Shown: piece after piece, positions 18,400 through 28,481 of the stretch
How positions within the stretch are numbered: the first letter of the stretch is position 1
How the letters are laid out: every line of letters starts with the position of its first letter
Assembly: GCA_051746985.1 (NCBI GenBank)
Contig: JBNJFP010000003.1
Location: 52,018-116,017 of the forward strand
DNA from: Bacteroidota bacterium
GTDB taxonomy: Bacteria > Bacteroidota > Rhodothermia > Balneolales > Balneolaceae
DNA: 64,000 nucleotides
Direction of reading: 5' to 3'
The notes under the pieces: model-generated
The model's input: the letters and a program-made list of their open reading frames with translations, nothing else
The model's database searches: none
Told to the model about the DNA's origin: nothing
Made by a program: the position numbers and the translations under genes

Positions 18400-19281
18400 G
18401 TGAAAATCGTCCATCTCATATTAAAAATTAATTTAGGTGTTCTGTTGGTATGGCCAGCAGGAGTAGAGCAGTTACAAGCACAAAACCTGTACTACTCCGG
18501 CTCCCTGCAATACGCAACAGGCTCCTACTATTTCACCGAGCGCACTGGCAGCTTCTATTTTAGCAACAGCGTGGGCGTGTCATCAACACGGTGGAGCCTG
18601 TACGTTTCGATGCCGCTTATTTATCAAAACACGCCGTGGATATCTTATTCTAAAACAGGAACAGGTCCGCTTCCCACTGGCGGCCCACAGAGTGGATTGG
18701 TAGATAAGCGCCAACAGCAGGGCAGTGGCAACGGTAGGGGGCAGCGACGGCATACCATAAATCCGGGACCGGCTGATACCGTTAGTTACAGTCAAACTCA
18801 GTTTGGTGATCCTTCTCTATCGGCAAATCTTAAGCTTTGGAACAGCCCGTCCGGACGAAGTATGATCAATGCCAATGGCGGACTCAAGTTTCCCGTCGCT
18901 GATGAGAATTCCGGTTTTGGTACCGGGGCCTGGGATGTAGGAGGAGGGCTAAGCTGGTCGCAGCGTATTCAACAACATTATCTTCTGATGGTAAGCGGGA
19001 TGTATTGGTATCTGGGAGATATGGACGAGCTCGATTTGAATAATTTGCTGAGCTACAGTGCGGCGTTGGGACGTACGTTTTCTGATGGCAAGTTGATGGG
19101 TACGGTATCTTTTATGGGATCCACTGAAATTATTGACGATGTAGATCCACCCGTAAATGTTGGAGCCGGTTTGAATTACCGGCTATCAAATGCAACAAAT
19201 CTTAACACAAATATCTTATTTGGACTAACAGAATCGGCATCAGACTTCAGCATAGGAGTAGGTTGGAGCGTAAATTTTTAA
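18400..19281 (+). CDS. outer-membrane beta-barrel-like protein
   Basis: GTG start 8 nt after the previous stop. Signal peptide, alternating-polarity strands and a C-terminal aromatic residue (GWSVNF) are present. Confidence 0.6.
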   Translation: MKIVHLILKINLGVLLVWPAGVEQLQAQNLYYSGSLQYATGSYYFTERTGSFYFSNSVGVSSTRWSLYVSMPLIYQNTPWISYSKTGTGPLPTGGPQSGLVDKRQQQGSGNGRGQRRHTINPGPADTVSYSQTQFGDPSLSANLKLWNSPSGRSMINANGGLKFPVADENSGFGTGAWDVGGGLSWSQRIQQHYLLMVSGMYWYLGDMDELDLNNLLSYSAALGRTFSDGKLMGTVSFMGSTEIIDDVDPPVNVGAGLNYRLSNATNLNTNILFGLTESASDFSIGVGWSVNF

Positions 19282-19301
19282 CAAAATACTTTGAGGATGA
19301 T

Positions 19302-19754
19302 ATGAAAAGATTATTAATAACTCTTGTTTTAGCAGCTTTGGTGGGTCCACTGTTAACAACGGCATGGGCCCAGCAGCGATCTGGAAAAGGGATGAAAAAG
19401 CAGATGTACGAGCGGGAATATGATATGGATGCGGTCGAGACGATCGAGGGAGAGGTGATTGAGATAACCTACAATCCCGGTCAGAGAAATGCCGCTCGCA
19501 TGGGCGTACACATGATGGTTGCTACGGATGCGGATACCATGTCCGTTCATTTGGGACCGGTTTGGTTTATGGAACAGCAGGAAGAAAAGATTGAGAAAGG
19601 TGACCAGGTTGCGATTACAGGTTCACGTATTACCTATGATGGCTCCCCGGCTCTGATTGCCGCCGAAGTAAAGCGGGAGCAAATGACATTGCGCCTGAGA
19701 GATCGGAATGGATATCCTGTTTGGAGAGGTTGGCGTAAGAGCGGGAATAATTGA
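19302..19754 (+). CDS. periplasmic OB-fold-like protein (MamS/MamX-like domain family)
   Basis: ATG 19302 gives the signal peptide MKRLLITLVLAALVG. The pattern IEGEVIEI..MGVHMMV..VHLGPVWF..GDQVAITGS..LIAAEV..LRLRDRNGYPVW fits that family as I recall it. Confidence 0.55.
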   Translation: MKRLLITLVLAALVGPLLTTAWAQQRSGKGMKKQMYEREYDMDAVETIEGEVIEITYNPGQRNAARMGVHMMVATDADTMSVHLGPVWFMEQQEEKIEKGDQVAITGSRITYDGSPALIAAEVKREQMTLRLRDRNGYPVWRGWRKSGNN

Positions 19755-19803
19755 TGTTAAAACTCGTGCCGTAGCTCTATTGTAATACGGAAAAGTGTGA
19801 GGT

Positions 19804-19831
19804 GTACCTTTTGGCTTGATCCAAAAGGTAC
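19804..19831. terminator. stem-loop between convergent operons
   Basis: GTACCTTTTGG-CTTGAT-CCAAAAGGTAC forms a perfect 11-bp stem. There is no clear U-tract. Confidence 0.4.
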
Positions 19832-20001
19832 TGAAAGATCAAGTCTTTGAATTATGTTTACGCTTAGACCGGCAGAATGCGTGGATTTTGATGGTCCGTA
19901 TTCTTGTGTAAGTAGTTTAAAAGTAGTCATCGGTACAAAATTCACAACCGCATTCTTTGGTCTTCGCACACAATTCAAGGCCAGTTATACCAACTCTAAA
20001 A

Positions 20002-20253
20002 TCATCCACTTTCTGTAGCTGATCTACTCAAAAATTCCTTAATACTTTTTAACGTCCTTAGTTTCCCATAGTCCTCCTCCGGAATTTCAACCTGAAGTTC
20101 CTCGCTGATACCAACCATCATGTTGTAAAAGTCCATAGAGTCAATATCAAGCGTCGGACCTAATTCCTCGTCGGCTTTTAACTGATCAAGATCGGCTTCC
20201 GGGGCAACGCGATGCAGGTGCTTTTTGATGATTGTATCAATGTCGGTGTTCAT
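20002..20253 (-). CDS. acyl carrier protein-like (phosphopantetheine-binding) protein
   Basis: 83-aa acidic four-helix pattern with a Ser attachment context LDIDSMDF. Its start overlaps the E2 stop by 4 nt (ATGA). Confidence 0.7.
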   Translation of the reverse strand: MNTDIDTIIKKHLHRVAPEADLDQLKADEELGPTLDIDSMDFYNMMVGISEELQVEIPEEDYGKLRTLKSIKEFLSRSATESG

Positions 20254-21467
20254 AAATCTTCAGGGTGTTGCAGTTGAGCGTTTAATTTTTCGAGAAATCG
20301 GGATCCCGTATGTCCGTCAGTAGCGCGATGATCTCCGGCCAGTACTACAGAGAGTGTTGGACGAATTCCAATAGAACCATCAACGGCTCGGGTCCGATCG
20401 GTAATTTTCCCAAAGCCAAGTAAAGCTACTTGTGGTGGATAAATAACGCCATACACTTTTTCAGCGCCGCGTTCGCCCAAGCTGGTAATGGTGATTGTGG
20501 CACTGCTAATTTCCCGGCTCTTAAGGTGTCCCTCACGCGCCCGGGTTACCATATCTACAAAATCACTGCGAATTTCATCTAAGGATTTGAGATCAGCATC
20601 CAAAATGGCTGGAATTACCAGTCCGCCTTGACGCAGTGAAACCGCAAAACCTACGTGGATGCCCTCCTCGATATGCATCGCCTCATCCGTCCAGAAGCCA
20701 TTCAGTTCCGGCACTTCGGTCAGCGCATTGGCCACAGCTTTGATCAGCAGCATGGGTGGCAGCAGGCGTTTATCTACCGGTCGGTTTTTATTTTCATCAC
20801 TAAGCCATTCAAGTGCCGCCTTCATGTCAATATCTGTTTCCAGGTAGTAGTGCGGGATTTCTTTATTGGATTTAGACATGGCAGCGGCAATTGATTGACG
20901 CATGCTTTTGCCCTCGGCTTTTGATACATGCTCAGCCATATCCAATTCTTTTTCAAAAGTTTCGTCTGCGGTTTTTTGCTGAGCAAATGCCTCCACATCT
21001 TTGCGATGAATAGTGCCGCCCGATCCGCTGCCTGTTACCTTTTTGAGGTCAATATTTAAATCTTCTGCTACCCGTCTTGCTAAAGGGGATGCCTTTGGTC
21101 GTTGTTTGAGGGTCTCTCTTTTTTCTATTGCCGGCTTCTTGGTTATAACTTCCTGCTCACCTTCGCTCCGAACTTCTTTCTTTTTTTCTTTCGGTGTTTC
21201 AGACGGTTTTACTTCGACTTCTTCGGCTTTTCCTTTGCCATTAATGACGGCCATCACCGAACCAACGGGTACAACTTCCCCTTCTTGAGCCACCAACTCC
21301 GTAATCACGCCATCCTCAAACACTTCGACATCGATCAGACCCTTCTCGGTATCAATTTCCCCGATAATATCTCCTTTTTTTACCGTGTCGCCCGGTTGCA
21401 CGTGCCACTGAATAAGTTTAGCCTCGATCATCTGTGATCCCAGGCTCGGCATGATGAACTTACCCAT
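20250..21467 (-). CDS. 2-oxoacid dehydrogenase E2 (dihydrolipoamide acyltransferase)
   Basis: N-terminal lipoyl domain ([11 protein letters not shown]), a linker, a subunit-binding domain ([15 protein letters not shown]) and a catalytic domain with DHRATDG. ATG 21467 overlaps the E1-beta stop (ATGGGTAA). Confidence 0.9.
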   Translation of the reverse strand: MGKFIMPSLGSQMIEAKLIQWHVQPGDTVKKGDIIGEIDTEKGLIDVEVFEDGVITELVAQEGEVVPVGSVMAVINGKGKAEEVEVKPSETPKEKKKEVRSEGEQEVITKKPAIEKRETLKQRPKASPLARRVAEDLNIDLKKVTGSGSGGTIHRKDVEAFAQQKTADETFEKELDMAEHVSKAEGKSMRQSIAAAMSKSNKEIPHYYLETDIDMKAALEWLSDENKNRPVDKRLLPPMLLIKAVANALTEVPELNGFWTDEAMHIEEGIHVGFAVSLRQGGLVIPAILDADLKSLDEIRSDFVDMVTRAREGHLKSREISSATITITSLGERGAEKVYGVIYPPQVALLGFGKITDRTRAVDGSIGIRPTLSVVLAGDHRATDGHTGSRFLEKLNAQLQHPEDL

Positions 21468-22458
21468 GGAGACCTCCCATCTTTTGAATGGATTTAATGA
21501 TTTGTTCGGGTTGTGGCAATGAAGCCTGTTCGAGGTGTTTGGCATAGGGCGCCGGCACTTCCATCCCGCAAATGCGCTCGACCGGTGCATCTAAATCATA
21601 GAACAATTCCTCGGTAATACGGGCACTGAGTTCGGCCGAAATGCCCCCGCTTTTCCATCCTTCATCGACAATAACGGCGCGACCCGTTTTGGTTACGGAT
21701 GCCAAAATCGTTTCACTATCGAGCGGACGCAGCACGCGGAGATCAACCACCTCAGCATCAATATCTTCTTCGGATAATTTTTCGGCCGCTTTGAGTGATT
21801 TCTGGAGGCCGATTCCATACGTCAAAATGCTCACGTCATTTCCTTCGCGACGCACTTTGGCTTTTTGAATATCTACGGCTTGCCCATTGCCGGGCAGCGG
21901 ACCTTCTGAGTTATATAACGTAGAATTTTCGAAAATGAGTACCGGATCGGGGTCTTCCAAAGCTGGCCATAGCATGCCGCGGGCATCTTCGATCGTGGCG
22001 GGCGTTAAAATTTTGAGTCCCGGTATGTGCGCGTACCAACCCTCGAGACTTCGAGAGTGTTGGGCTGCCAGTTGTTTACCACCACCCGTGGCCATCCGAA
22101 TGACAATGGGCACGGTAAACTGTCCGCCAGACATATACTGCAAAATGGCCGCCGTATTGATAATTTGATCCGCTGCCAACAGGCTAAAATTCACGGTCAT
22201 AATTTCTACGATAGGACGCATGCCCGCCACCGCCGCTCCGATGCCGCAGCCGGTAAAGCCCGATTCCGATAGAGGCGTGTCAATGATGCGTTGATCCCCG
22301 AATTCTTCCAACATGCCCTCGCTGACATTGAAGCAGCCTCCGTACAATCCTACGTCTTCGCCCATCAGAAATACGCGGTCGTCTTTTAACATGGCCTCCC
22401 GCATCGCTTCCCGAACGGCTTGACGATAAGTAATAGTTTGTTCTGCAACTTGTGGCAT
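21460..22458 (-). CDS. 2-oxoacid (pyruvate/acetoin-type) dehydrogenase E1 beta subunit
   Basis: 332 aa. The N-terminus [24 protein letters not shown] and the transketolase-like pyrimidine-binding and C-terminal domains are typical. Confidence 0.9.
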   Translation of the reverse strand: MPQVAEQTITYRQAVREAMREAMLKDDRVFLMGEDVGLYGGCFNVSEGMLEEFGDQRIIDTPLSESGFTGCGIGAAVAGMRPIVEIMTVNFSLLAADQIINTAAILQYMSGGQFTVPIVIRMATGGGKQLAAQHSRSLEGWYAHIPGLKILTPATIEDARGMLWPALEDPDPVLIFENSTLYNSEGPLPGNGQAVDIQKAKVRREGNDVSILTYGIGLQKSLKAAEKLSEEDIDAEVVDLRVLRPLDSETILASVTKTGRAVIVDEGWKSGGISAELSARITEELFYDLDAPVERICGMEVPAPYAKHLEQASLPQPEQIIKSIQKMGGLHG

Positions 22459-22461
22459 AAT

Positions 22462-23475
22462 TTATTCTCCTGTAAGGTTGCTGTAAACGTATTTGGTGAT
22501 ATCTTCGATAGGTTCATCCGTCCCATTTTCGGCAAACTGCACCGATGCTTCGACCTCTTCAGTTACCTGCTTATTTAACTGATCCAATTCTTTATCATTT
22601 AATAGACCCTCTTCCTTCAAGTAATCAGCATAAGTTGTAATGGGATCTTTTTTCTTCCACTCTTTTATTTCTTGTTTAGATCGATATCGCTCCGGATCAA
22701 ACATAGAATGTGCCCGGTAACGATAGGTCTGGCACTCCAAAAAATAGGGTTTCTTTTTTTTGCGGATGTGTTTTGTAGCTTTGTCCGAGGCCTTTAATAC
22801 AGCCTTAATGTCCATGCCATCTACGCTATCGGCCTCCATGTTATAGGCTTTTGCTTTCTTCACCAGGTTTGTTTCAGCCTCGGCCAGCTCAAAGGGCATA
22901 CCCATCGAATAGAGGTTGTTTTCACAGACAAAGAGGACTGGCAGATCCCAGAGCGAAGCCAGGTTTAATGACTCGTGGAATTCGCCTTCATCGACCGCAC
23001 CTTCGCCAAAAAAGCAACAGGCCAAGGCATCCTTGTTCTGACGTTTGTAAGCCATAGCGACGCCCACAGCCATTGGCAAACCGTTGCCAACAATCGCCGA
23101 TCCGCCCAAAAAGTTGGTGGCCTTATCATAAAGGTGCATCGAGCCACCGCGTCCCCCACTGCATCCTTCGGCCTTGCCGTATAGCTCTGCCATGATGCTT
23201 TCCATCGACACGCCGCGAATTAGTGCATGTCCATGCTCACGATAAGTGGCTATAACCGCATCTTCTGTTCTGAGATTTTCAATTACGCCTACTGCAACGG
23301 CTTCTTCGCCATCATAGAGGTGTAAAAAGCCACGGATTTTTTCCTGGGTGTAAAACTCATAGGCTTTTTCCTCGAGCTGACGAATACGCATCATCTGTTT
23401 AAGCAGATGCAGATTTTCATCTTTTTCTGTCTTCGACTTCTTTTTTAAAGTCGCACTTTTCTTCTTGGTCGCCAT
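22462..23475 (-). CDS. 2-oxoacid dehydrogenase E1 alpha subunit (TPP-dependent)
   Basis: FLHLYDGEEAV, the TPP-binding GDGA-like region FFGEGAVDEGEFHESLN..NN, and YRYRAHS. ATG 23475 (MATKKK) is chosen because the longer track start would overlap the upstream gene. Confidence 0.9.
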   Translation of the reverse strand: MATKKKSATLKKKSKTEKDENLHLLKQMMRIRQLEEKAYEFYTQEKIRGFLHLYDGEEAVAVGVIENLRTEDAVIATYREHGHALIRGVSMESIMAELYGKAEGCSGGRGGSMHLYDKATNFLGGSAIVGNGLPMAVGVAMAYKRQNKDALACCFFGEGAVDEGEFHESLNLASLWDLPVLFVCENNLYSMGMPFELAEAETNLVKKAKAYNMEADSVDGMDIKAVLKASDKATKHIRKKKKPYFLECQTYRYRAHSMFDPERYRSKQEIKEWKKKDPITTYADYLKEEGLLNDKELDQLNKQVTEEVEASVQFAENGTDEPIEDITKYVYSNLTGE

Positions 23476-23488
23476 AATTTGATCTGTT

Positions 23489-25231
23489 TTAGGATGATGT
23501 TTTTTCAACCTTTTCGCGTTCCTGATCCCGCAGCAATCTCCGCATGATTTTTCCACTACGTGTTTTGGGCAGTTCGTCGATAAATTCGATTTCTTTGGGC
23601 GCTACCGCTGAACCCAATCGCTCGCGGGCAAATCCTTTAAGTTCCAGGTTGAGCTCTTCGCTCGGTTCAAAACGCTCTTTCAATGTGATAAAAGATTTGA
23701 CCAGTTCACCCATCACGGGATCCGGTTTCCCGATTACCGCTGCTTCGGCTACCGCCTCGTGCTCCATCAAAATACTTTCCACCTCGAACGGACCCACCAT
23801 GTGTCCGGCCGTTTTGATGATGTCGTCCGCCCGCCCGACAAACCAGAAATACCCATCTTCATCCCGGCTGGCCAGATCTCCGGTCAGATACCAATCACCT
23901 ACAAAGCATTGCTGGTAGCGCTCCTCGTCATCGAGGTAGCCTCGAAACATTGAGGGCCATCCTTTCTTTAGCGCCAGGTGACCTGATTCACCCGTCTCAG
24001 CAAATTTTATATCGTCTCCTCCGTTCTCATCATAATCTAAAATTTCAGCTTCAACGCCGGGTAGCGGTTTACCCATTGATCCCGGCTTGACCGGCATAGA
24101 GGGATAGTTGGCAATCATGATGCCGCCCGTCTCGGTTTGCCACCAGTTGTCGAGGATCGGCATGTCCAGCATTTTTTGAGCCCATCGCACGGCTTCGGGA
24201 TTCAGCGGTTCGCCCACGCTGTGAATCAGTCGCAGGGCACCTAAATCATATTCTTTGCGAATATCAATATTCATGCGCATTAGTCGTCGAATGGCCGTTG
24301 GAGCTGTGTACCAAATACTGACTTTTTGTTCTTCCAGCGTCTGATACCATAATCGAGCGTCAAACTCCGCTTCGACTACCAGGTTGGTAATGCCATGCAT
24401 TAATGGAGATAATATCCCATACGAAGTTCCGGTCACCCATCCCGGATCGGCGGTGCACCAGAAGATGTCATCGGAGTGGAAATCCAGCACATATTTACCG
24501 GTAATAAAATGGGTTAGCGCTGCTTCGTGGACATGAATCACGCCCTTCGGCATGCCGGTGGTTCCGCTGGTGAAATGCAACAGCGCCCGGTCTTCGGGGG
24601 ACGTTTCAGTAATAACGAAATCAGAGCTGGCCTCCATCATCAATCGCTGGAAAGAGCGCACATTCTCGGATTGGTGATCAGTAATGTCAGTGAGTAATAC
24701 ATATTGTAGATGATCCAAACGATCTAAAAGCCCAGATATCTTTTTATCGAAAAGTGATTTTGTGGTTACTAAAATTTTGGCTTTTCCCTTGCTTAGTCGC
24801 TGGTAAATGGGTTCGGGACCGTAAATTGAAAAAAGCGGACAGTAAATGCTTCCATTTTTCAGGGTGCCCAGTGCTGAAATGTACAACTCGGGAATACGTC
24901 CGGTAAGGGTACAGACGACATCGCCTTTTTGAAGGCCTAAGTTTTGCAAAACATTGGCAAAGCGATTGGTCTGTTCCTTTAGCTCATGATAGGTGAACTC
25001 TTTACTGTTTCCCTGATTCCCAATCCAGTGCAATGCCACTTTCCCTTCTTGGATGTTATCCGCATGACGATCAATCGCCAAGTAGGCCATATTAAATCCC
25101 TTTTTGCCGGAAGATTTTACTAGCTCTTCTTTAACCTGATCCCATCGAAAAGAAGCGTATTCTTTATCGTAGTTACTCATATTAGGATTAGGTCGCCTAA
25201 GAAATTGTTCGGTCAGATCTTTTCGAGACAT
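23489..25231 (-). CDS. AMP-forming acyl-CoA synthetase (AcsA/acetate-CoA ligase-like)
   Basis: AMP-binding motifs LHFTSGTTGMPKG, WQTETGG, YLTGD and KTRSGKIMRR. ATG 25231 is preferred over the TTG at 25276. Confidence 0.85.
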   Translation of the reverse strand: MSRKDLTEQFLRRPNPNMSNYDKEYASFRWDQVKEELVKSSGKKGFNMAYLAIDRHADNIQEGKVALHWIGNQGNSKEFTYHELKEQTNRFANVLQNLGLQKGDVVCTLTGRIPELYISALGTLKNGSIYCPLFSIYGPEPIYQRLSKGKAKILVTTKSLFDKKISGLLDRLDHLQYVLLTDITDHQSENVRSFQRLMMEASSDFVITETSPEDRALLHFTSGTTGMPKGVIHVHEAALTHFITGKYVLDFHSDDIFWCTADPGWVTGTSYGILSPLMHGITNLVVEAEFDARLWYQTLEEQKVSIWYTAPTAIRRLMRMNIDIRKEYDLGALRLIHSVGEPLNPEAVRWAQKMLDMPILDNWWQTETGGIMIANYPSMPVKPGSMGKPLPGVEAEILDYDENGGDDIKFAETGESGHLALKKGWPSMFRGYLDDEERYQQCFVGDWYLTGDLASRDEDGYFWFVGRADDIIKTAGHMVGPFEVESILMEHEAVAEAAVIGKPDPVMGELVKSFITLKERFEPSEELNLELKGFARERLGSAVAPKEIEFIDELPKTRSGKIMRRLLRDQEREKVEKTSS

Positions 25232-25317
25232 TGATTCCCTTTCTATTTGTTGGCTGGATAATTTCAGTATATCCAATAGGTAAAAGGGGCAGGAAAAGGA
25301 TATCTACTGTTTTGCTG

Positions 25318-25332
25318 TAGAAGTATTACCTA
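25318..25332. promoter_or_regulatory. candidate operator, TAGGrA-N3-TyCyTA family (degenerate)
   Basis: cTG TAGAAGTATTACCTA CAAg lies 87-101 nt upstream of the acyl-CoA synthetase ATG. Confidence 0.3.
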
Positions 25333-25404
25333 CAAGGTTTTTGCAATATGATATCTGTGTGAGGACAAATGGGTAACCTTGGAAAGGCAAGCAGCCGAGG
25401 CAGA

Positions 25405-25419
25405 TAGGGTAATGTACTA
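25405..25419. promoter_or_regulatory. candidate operator, TAGGrA-N3-TyCyTA family (degenerate)
   Basis: TAGGGTAATGTACTA CAAG lies 99-113 nt upstream of the cytochrome-porin ATG at 25518. Confidence 0.3.
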
Positions 25420-25517
25420 CAAGCGGGCGGGTAAATACCCATTAATAAAGTGATCAGGGTTACAGCTATTATCCGTTGAGAAATTATTGTTGGAAGAAGA
25501 CTCAATCAGGAGTAGAT

Positions 25518-26678
25518 ATGAGAATAAATCGACATGGGGCCTCCTTGCTGTTTTTGATACTCACCTTTTTTTTCGTAGCAGCAATTACCCAAACGAATAC
25601 TCCCAGAAAGGATATAAAGAATTATGAATCTGCTCTTATCGACACGGTGAGCATGCAGTCTCCAGGAAAAACACTCTACTCTGAAGCGTGTGCTGCGTGT
25701 CACGGTGTTACCGGAAAGGGGGTGGCGCAAAGTCAACTCGGATTTGAAACACCGGTGCCTGATTTTTCGGATTGTGATTTTTCGAATCGAGAGCCCGATG
25801 GTGACTGGATTGCTGTAGCTCACCAGGGAGGACCGGTTCGGGGATTTGCAAAAGATATGCCTGCTTTCGGCAAGGCGTTAAGCGAGCAGCAGCTTCAAAA
25901 AATAATGGACCATATTCGCACCCTCTGCAGGGATGAAAACTGGCCGCGCGGAGAATTAAATATGCCCCGTCCGTTAGTAACTGAAAAGGCGTACCCCGAA
26001 GATGAAGCGGTGATCAGTACCTCGGTTGATATCGAAAACGAAGGCAATGTGCTGAACGAACTGGTCTATGAGCAACGGTTTGGAGCTCGCAATCAATTAG
26101 AGATTGTAGTGCCTTTTGGTTTTAGCGAAACTCCGGCGGGCAATTGGAATGGTGGGCAGCTGGGTGATGTGGCATTGGGAGTTAAACGAGCGCTATATCA
26201 CAACTTTGACAGCGGGTCGATTTTTAGTGCTGCGGGAGAAGTACTTTTTCCTACCGGTGATCGAGCAACGGGCTTTGGTAAGGGAACAACGATCTTTGAG
26301 CCTTTCATTTCCTTTGGACAACTCCTGCCAGCCAATGGATTTTTACAGCTTCAGAGCGGAGTGGAACTTCCTTTGCTACGTGACAAAGCTACGGAAGAAG
26401 CTTTTTGGAGGGCGGCTTTGGGCACCAGCCTGACACACGGTAGCTGGGGAAGAACGTGGTCGCCCATGGTCGAAGTTTTGGGTTCACGGGAATTTGAGTC
26501 AGGTGGGGTTAACCACTGGGATATTGCGCCGCAAGTGCAGGTGACCCTCAATAAACGTCAGCACATCATGATGAATGTGGGCGTACGAATTCCCGCTGAT
26601 GATGCCAGCCGCGACACCCAGTTTATGGTATATATCCTTTGGGATTGGTTCGACGGCGGATTTTTTGAAGGATGGTGA
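25518..26678 (+). CDS. monoheme class I cytochrome c fused to a C-terminal outer-membrane-barrel-like domain
   Basis: Signal peptide, a single CAACHG heme motif with a downstream Met (KDMPAFG), then about 250 aa of alternating beta-strand-like segments ending in an aromatic residue (FEGW). ATG 25518 is chosen. Confidence 0.65.
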   Translation: MRINRHGASLLFLILTFFFVAAITQTNTPRKDIKNYESALIDTVSMQSPGKTLYSEACAACHGVTGKGVAQSQLGFETPVPDFSDCDFSNREPDGDWIAVAHQGGPVRGFAKDMPAFGKALSEQQLQKIMDHIRTLCRDENWPRGELNMPRPLVTEKAYPEDEAVISTSVDIENEGNVLNELVYEQRFGARNQLEIVVPFGFSETPAGNWNGGQLGDVALGVKRALYHNFDSGSIFSAAGEVLFPTGDRATGFGKGTTIFEPFISFGQLLPANGFLQLQSGVELPLLRDKATEEAFWRAALGTSLTHGSWGRTWSPMVEVLGSREFESGGVNHWDIAPQVQVTLNKRQHIMMNVGVRIPADDASRDTQFMVYILWDWFDGGFFEGW

Positions 26679-26707
26679 CAAGGTTCTCAAATCATAAATA
26701 GAGCGTT

Positions 26708-28366
26708 ATGTATAAAAATGTATTCATCTTATTCGTACTTCCGCTTAGCGTGCTTTTGGTCGGCACGTTTTTTTATCAATCTGCCGATAGTAATGATCAA
26801 AATGTAACGTTTTTTCAAGATACGAATCCTCATCTTTTTGCAACGGCGGATGCCTGCATGAGCTGTCACAATGGTTTGGTTACGCCCTCGGGCGAAGATA
26901 TTTCTTTTGGTACGGATTGGTCTGCTACCATGATGGCCAATTCGGCGCGCGATCCTTACTGGCATGCGGCGGTGCGTCGAGAGGTTATGGATCATCCCGA
27001 ATCGCAGGTGCATATCGAAAGCGAGTGCTCAACCTGTCACATGCCGATGGCTCATTACGAGGCCAAGTATGGTGGTAATACGCCCGAAATATTTTCTAAT
27101 TTGCCGATAAATCAAGCAATGAGTCGGCAAAATCTGCTGGCCGCCGATGGCGTTTCGTGTACCACCTGCCATCAAATTACTGAAGAGAACCTGGGCACCG
27201 CGGAGAGTTTTGTCGGACGGTTCGGGATTGATACGCTCAATAGTTTGGGACAGCGAGAAGTATTTGGACCTTATCCTGTTGATGAGGGACTGCAGAATAT
27301 TATGCATTCTTCGTCGGGGTTTTTACAGGCTGAATCGAAACATATTCAGCTTTCCGAAACCTGTGCTACTTGTCATACGCTGATTACCGAGTCACTGGGG
27401 CCGGATGGAGAAGTGGTGGGAGAATTGCCCGAGCAGGTACCGTATCAAGAGTGGCAACACAGCAGCTTTGTGGATGAACAGAGTTGCCAATCGTGTCACA
27501 TGCCGGTCGTGAAAGAGGAAGTGGCGATTTCTTCAGTGATGGGTCAGCCCCGTGAGGAGGTATCGCGCCACACCTTCAAGGGCGGCAACTTTTTTATGCT
27601 GAAGATGCTCAATCGCTATCGAAATGATTTGGGCGTCAAGGCGCTGCCCCGGGAGATGGATGATGCCGTTAACCGGACGATAGATCATCTGCAAAGCGAG
27701 TCGGCAAAAATGGAGTTTAACAGGCTCGAAGTTGACGGAAACGAGTTACTGGCAGAAGTTGATATCACAAATCTTGCCGGACATAAACTGCCCACGGCCT
27801 ATCCTTCGCGAAGAACCTGGATTCATTTCACTATTACTGACGATGAGGGGAAGGTGCTTTATGAGTCCGGTGCTGTACGCGAGGATGGTTCTATTGTTGG
27901 AAATGTTAACGATGAGAATCCCAGCACATTTGAGCCTCATTACACCGAAATCAGCGAGCCCGATCAGGTACAAATTTATGAAACGATCATGGTCGATCCC
28001 CAGGAAAATGTTACAACCGGCTTGTTAACAGCGGTTCGGTTTATCAAAGATAACCGCATTTTGCCGGATGGATTCGACAAGGAAACGGCAGATGAATGGA
28101 TTGAGGTGCACGGGGCCGCCTTTGAGGACGATAATTTTTTGGGAGGAAGTGATCAGGTTACATATCGAGTAGAGCTTCCAGAAACCGATAAACCACTAAA
28201 AATAAATGCTGAGTTGTGGTATCAGCCCATTGGATTCCGGTGGGCCCAGAATTTGGCAGATTACAATGCCGATGAGACCAATCGATTTGTGGGCTATTTC
28301 GATGCTATGTCGGCAGAATCTGCTTTAAAGTTGACCGAAGTTGAAACAAAATATAATCAAGAATAA
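26708..28366 (+). CDS. pentaheme c-type cytochrome
   Basis: Signal peptide plus five CxxCH motifs: CMSCH, CSTCH, CTTCH, CATCH and CQSCH. Confidence 0.85.
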   Translation: MYKNVFILFVLPLSVLLVGTFFYQSADSNDQNVTFFQDTNPHLFATADACMSCHNGLVTPSGEDISFGTDWSATMMANSARDPYWHAAVRREVMDHPESQVHIESECSTCHMPMAHYEAKYGGNTPEIFSNLPINQAMSRQNLLAADGVSCTTCHQITEENLGTAESFVGRFGIDTLNSLGQREVFGPYPVDEGLQNIMHSSSGFLQAESKHIQLSETCATCHTLITESLGPDGEVVGELPEQVPYQEWQHSSFVDEQSCQSCHMPVVKEEVAISSVMGQPREEVSRHTFKGGNFFMLKMLNRYRNDLGVKALPREMDDAVNRTIDHLQSESAKMEFNRLEVDGNELLAEVDITNLAGHKLPTAYPSRRTWIHFTITDDEGKVLYESGAVREDGSIVGNVNDENPSTFEPHYTEISEPDQVQIYETIMVDPQENVTTGLLTAVRFIKDNRILPDGFDKETADEWIEVHGAAFEDDNFLGGSDQVTYRVELPETDKPLKINAELWYQPIGFRWAQNLADYNADETNRFVGYFDAMSAESALKLTEVETKYNQE

Positions 28367-28481
28367 AAGAGACTGTTGTATCAGAATACTTGGGAGAAAT
28401 GTTCAGGTCGAATTTTTTCGCTCTGTTGTTTTCTGCCAGTCTAATGTTAAAAACCGAACCTTAACCTGAAGTAAATCTATT

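Noticed and set aside
19757-19978. 73-aa - strand ORF between convergent operons
   Set aside because: It has no recognisable motif, spans the 11-bp hairpin and shows poor coding character. I treat it as non-coding.
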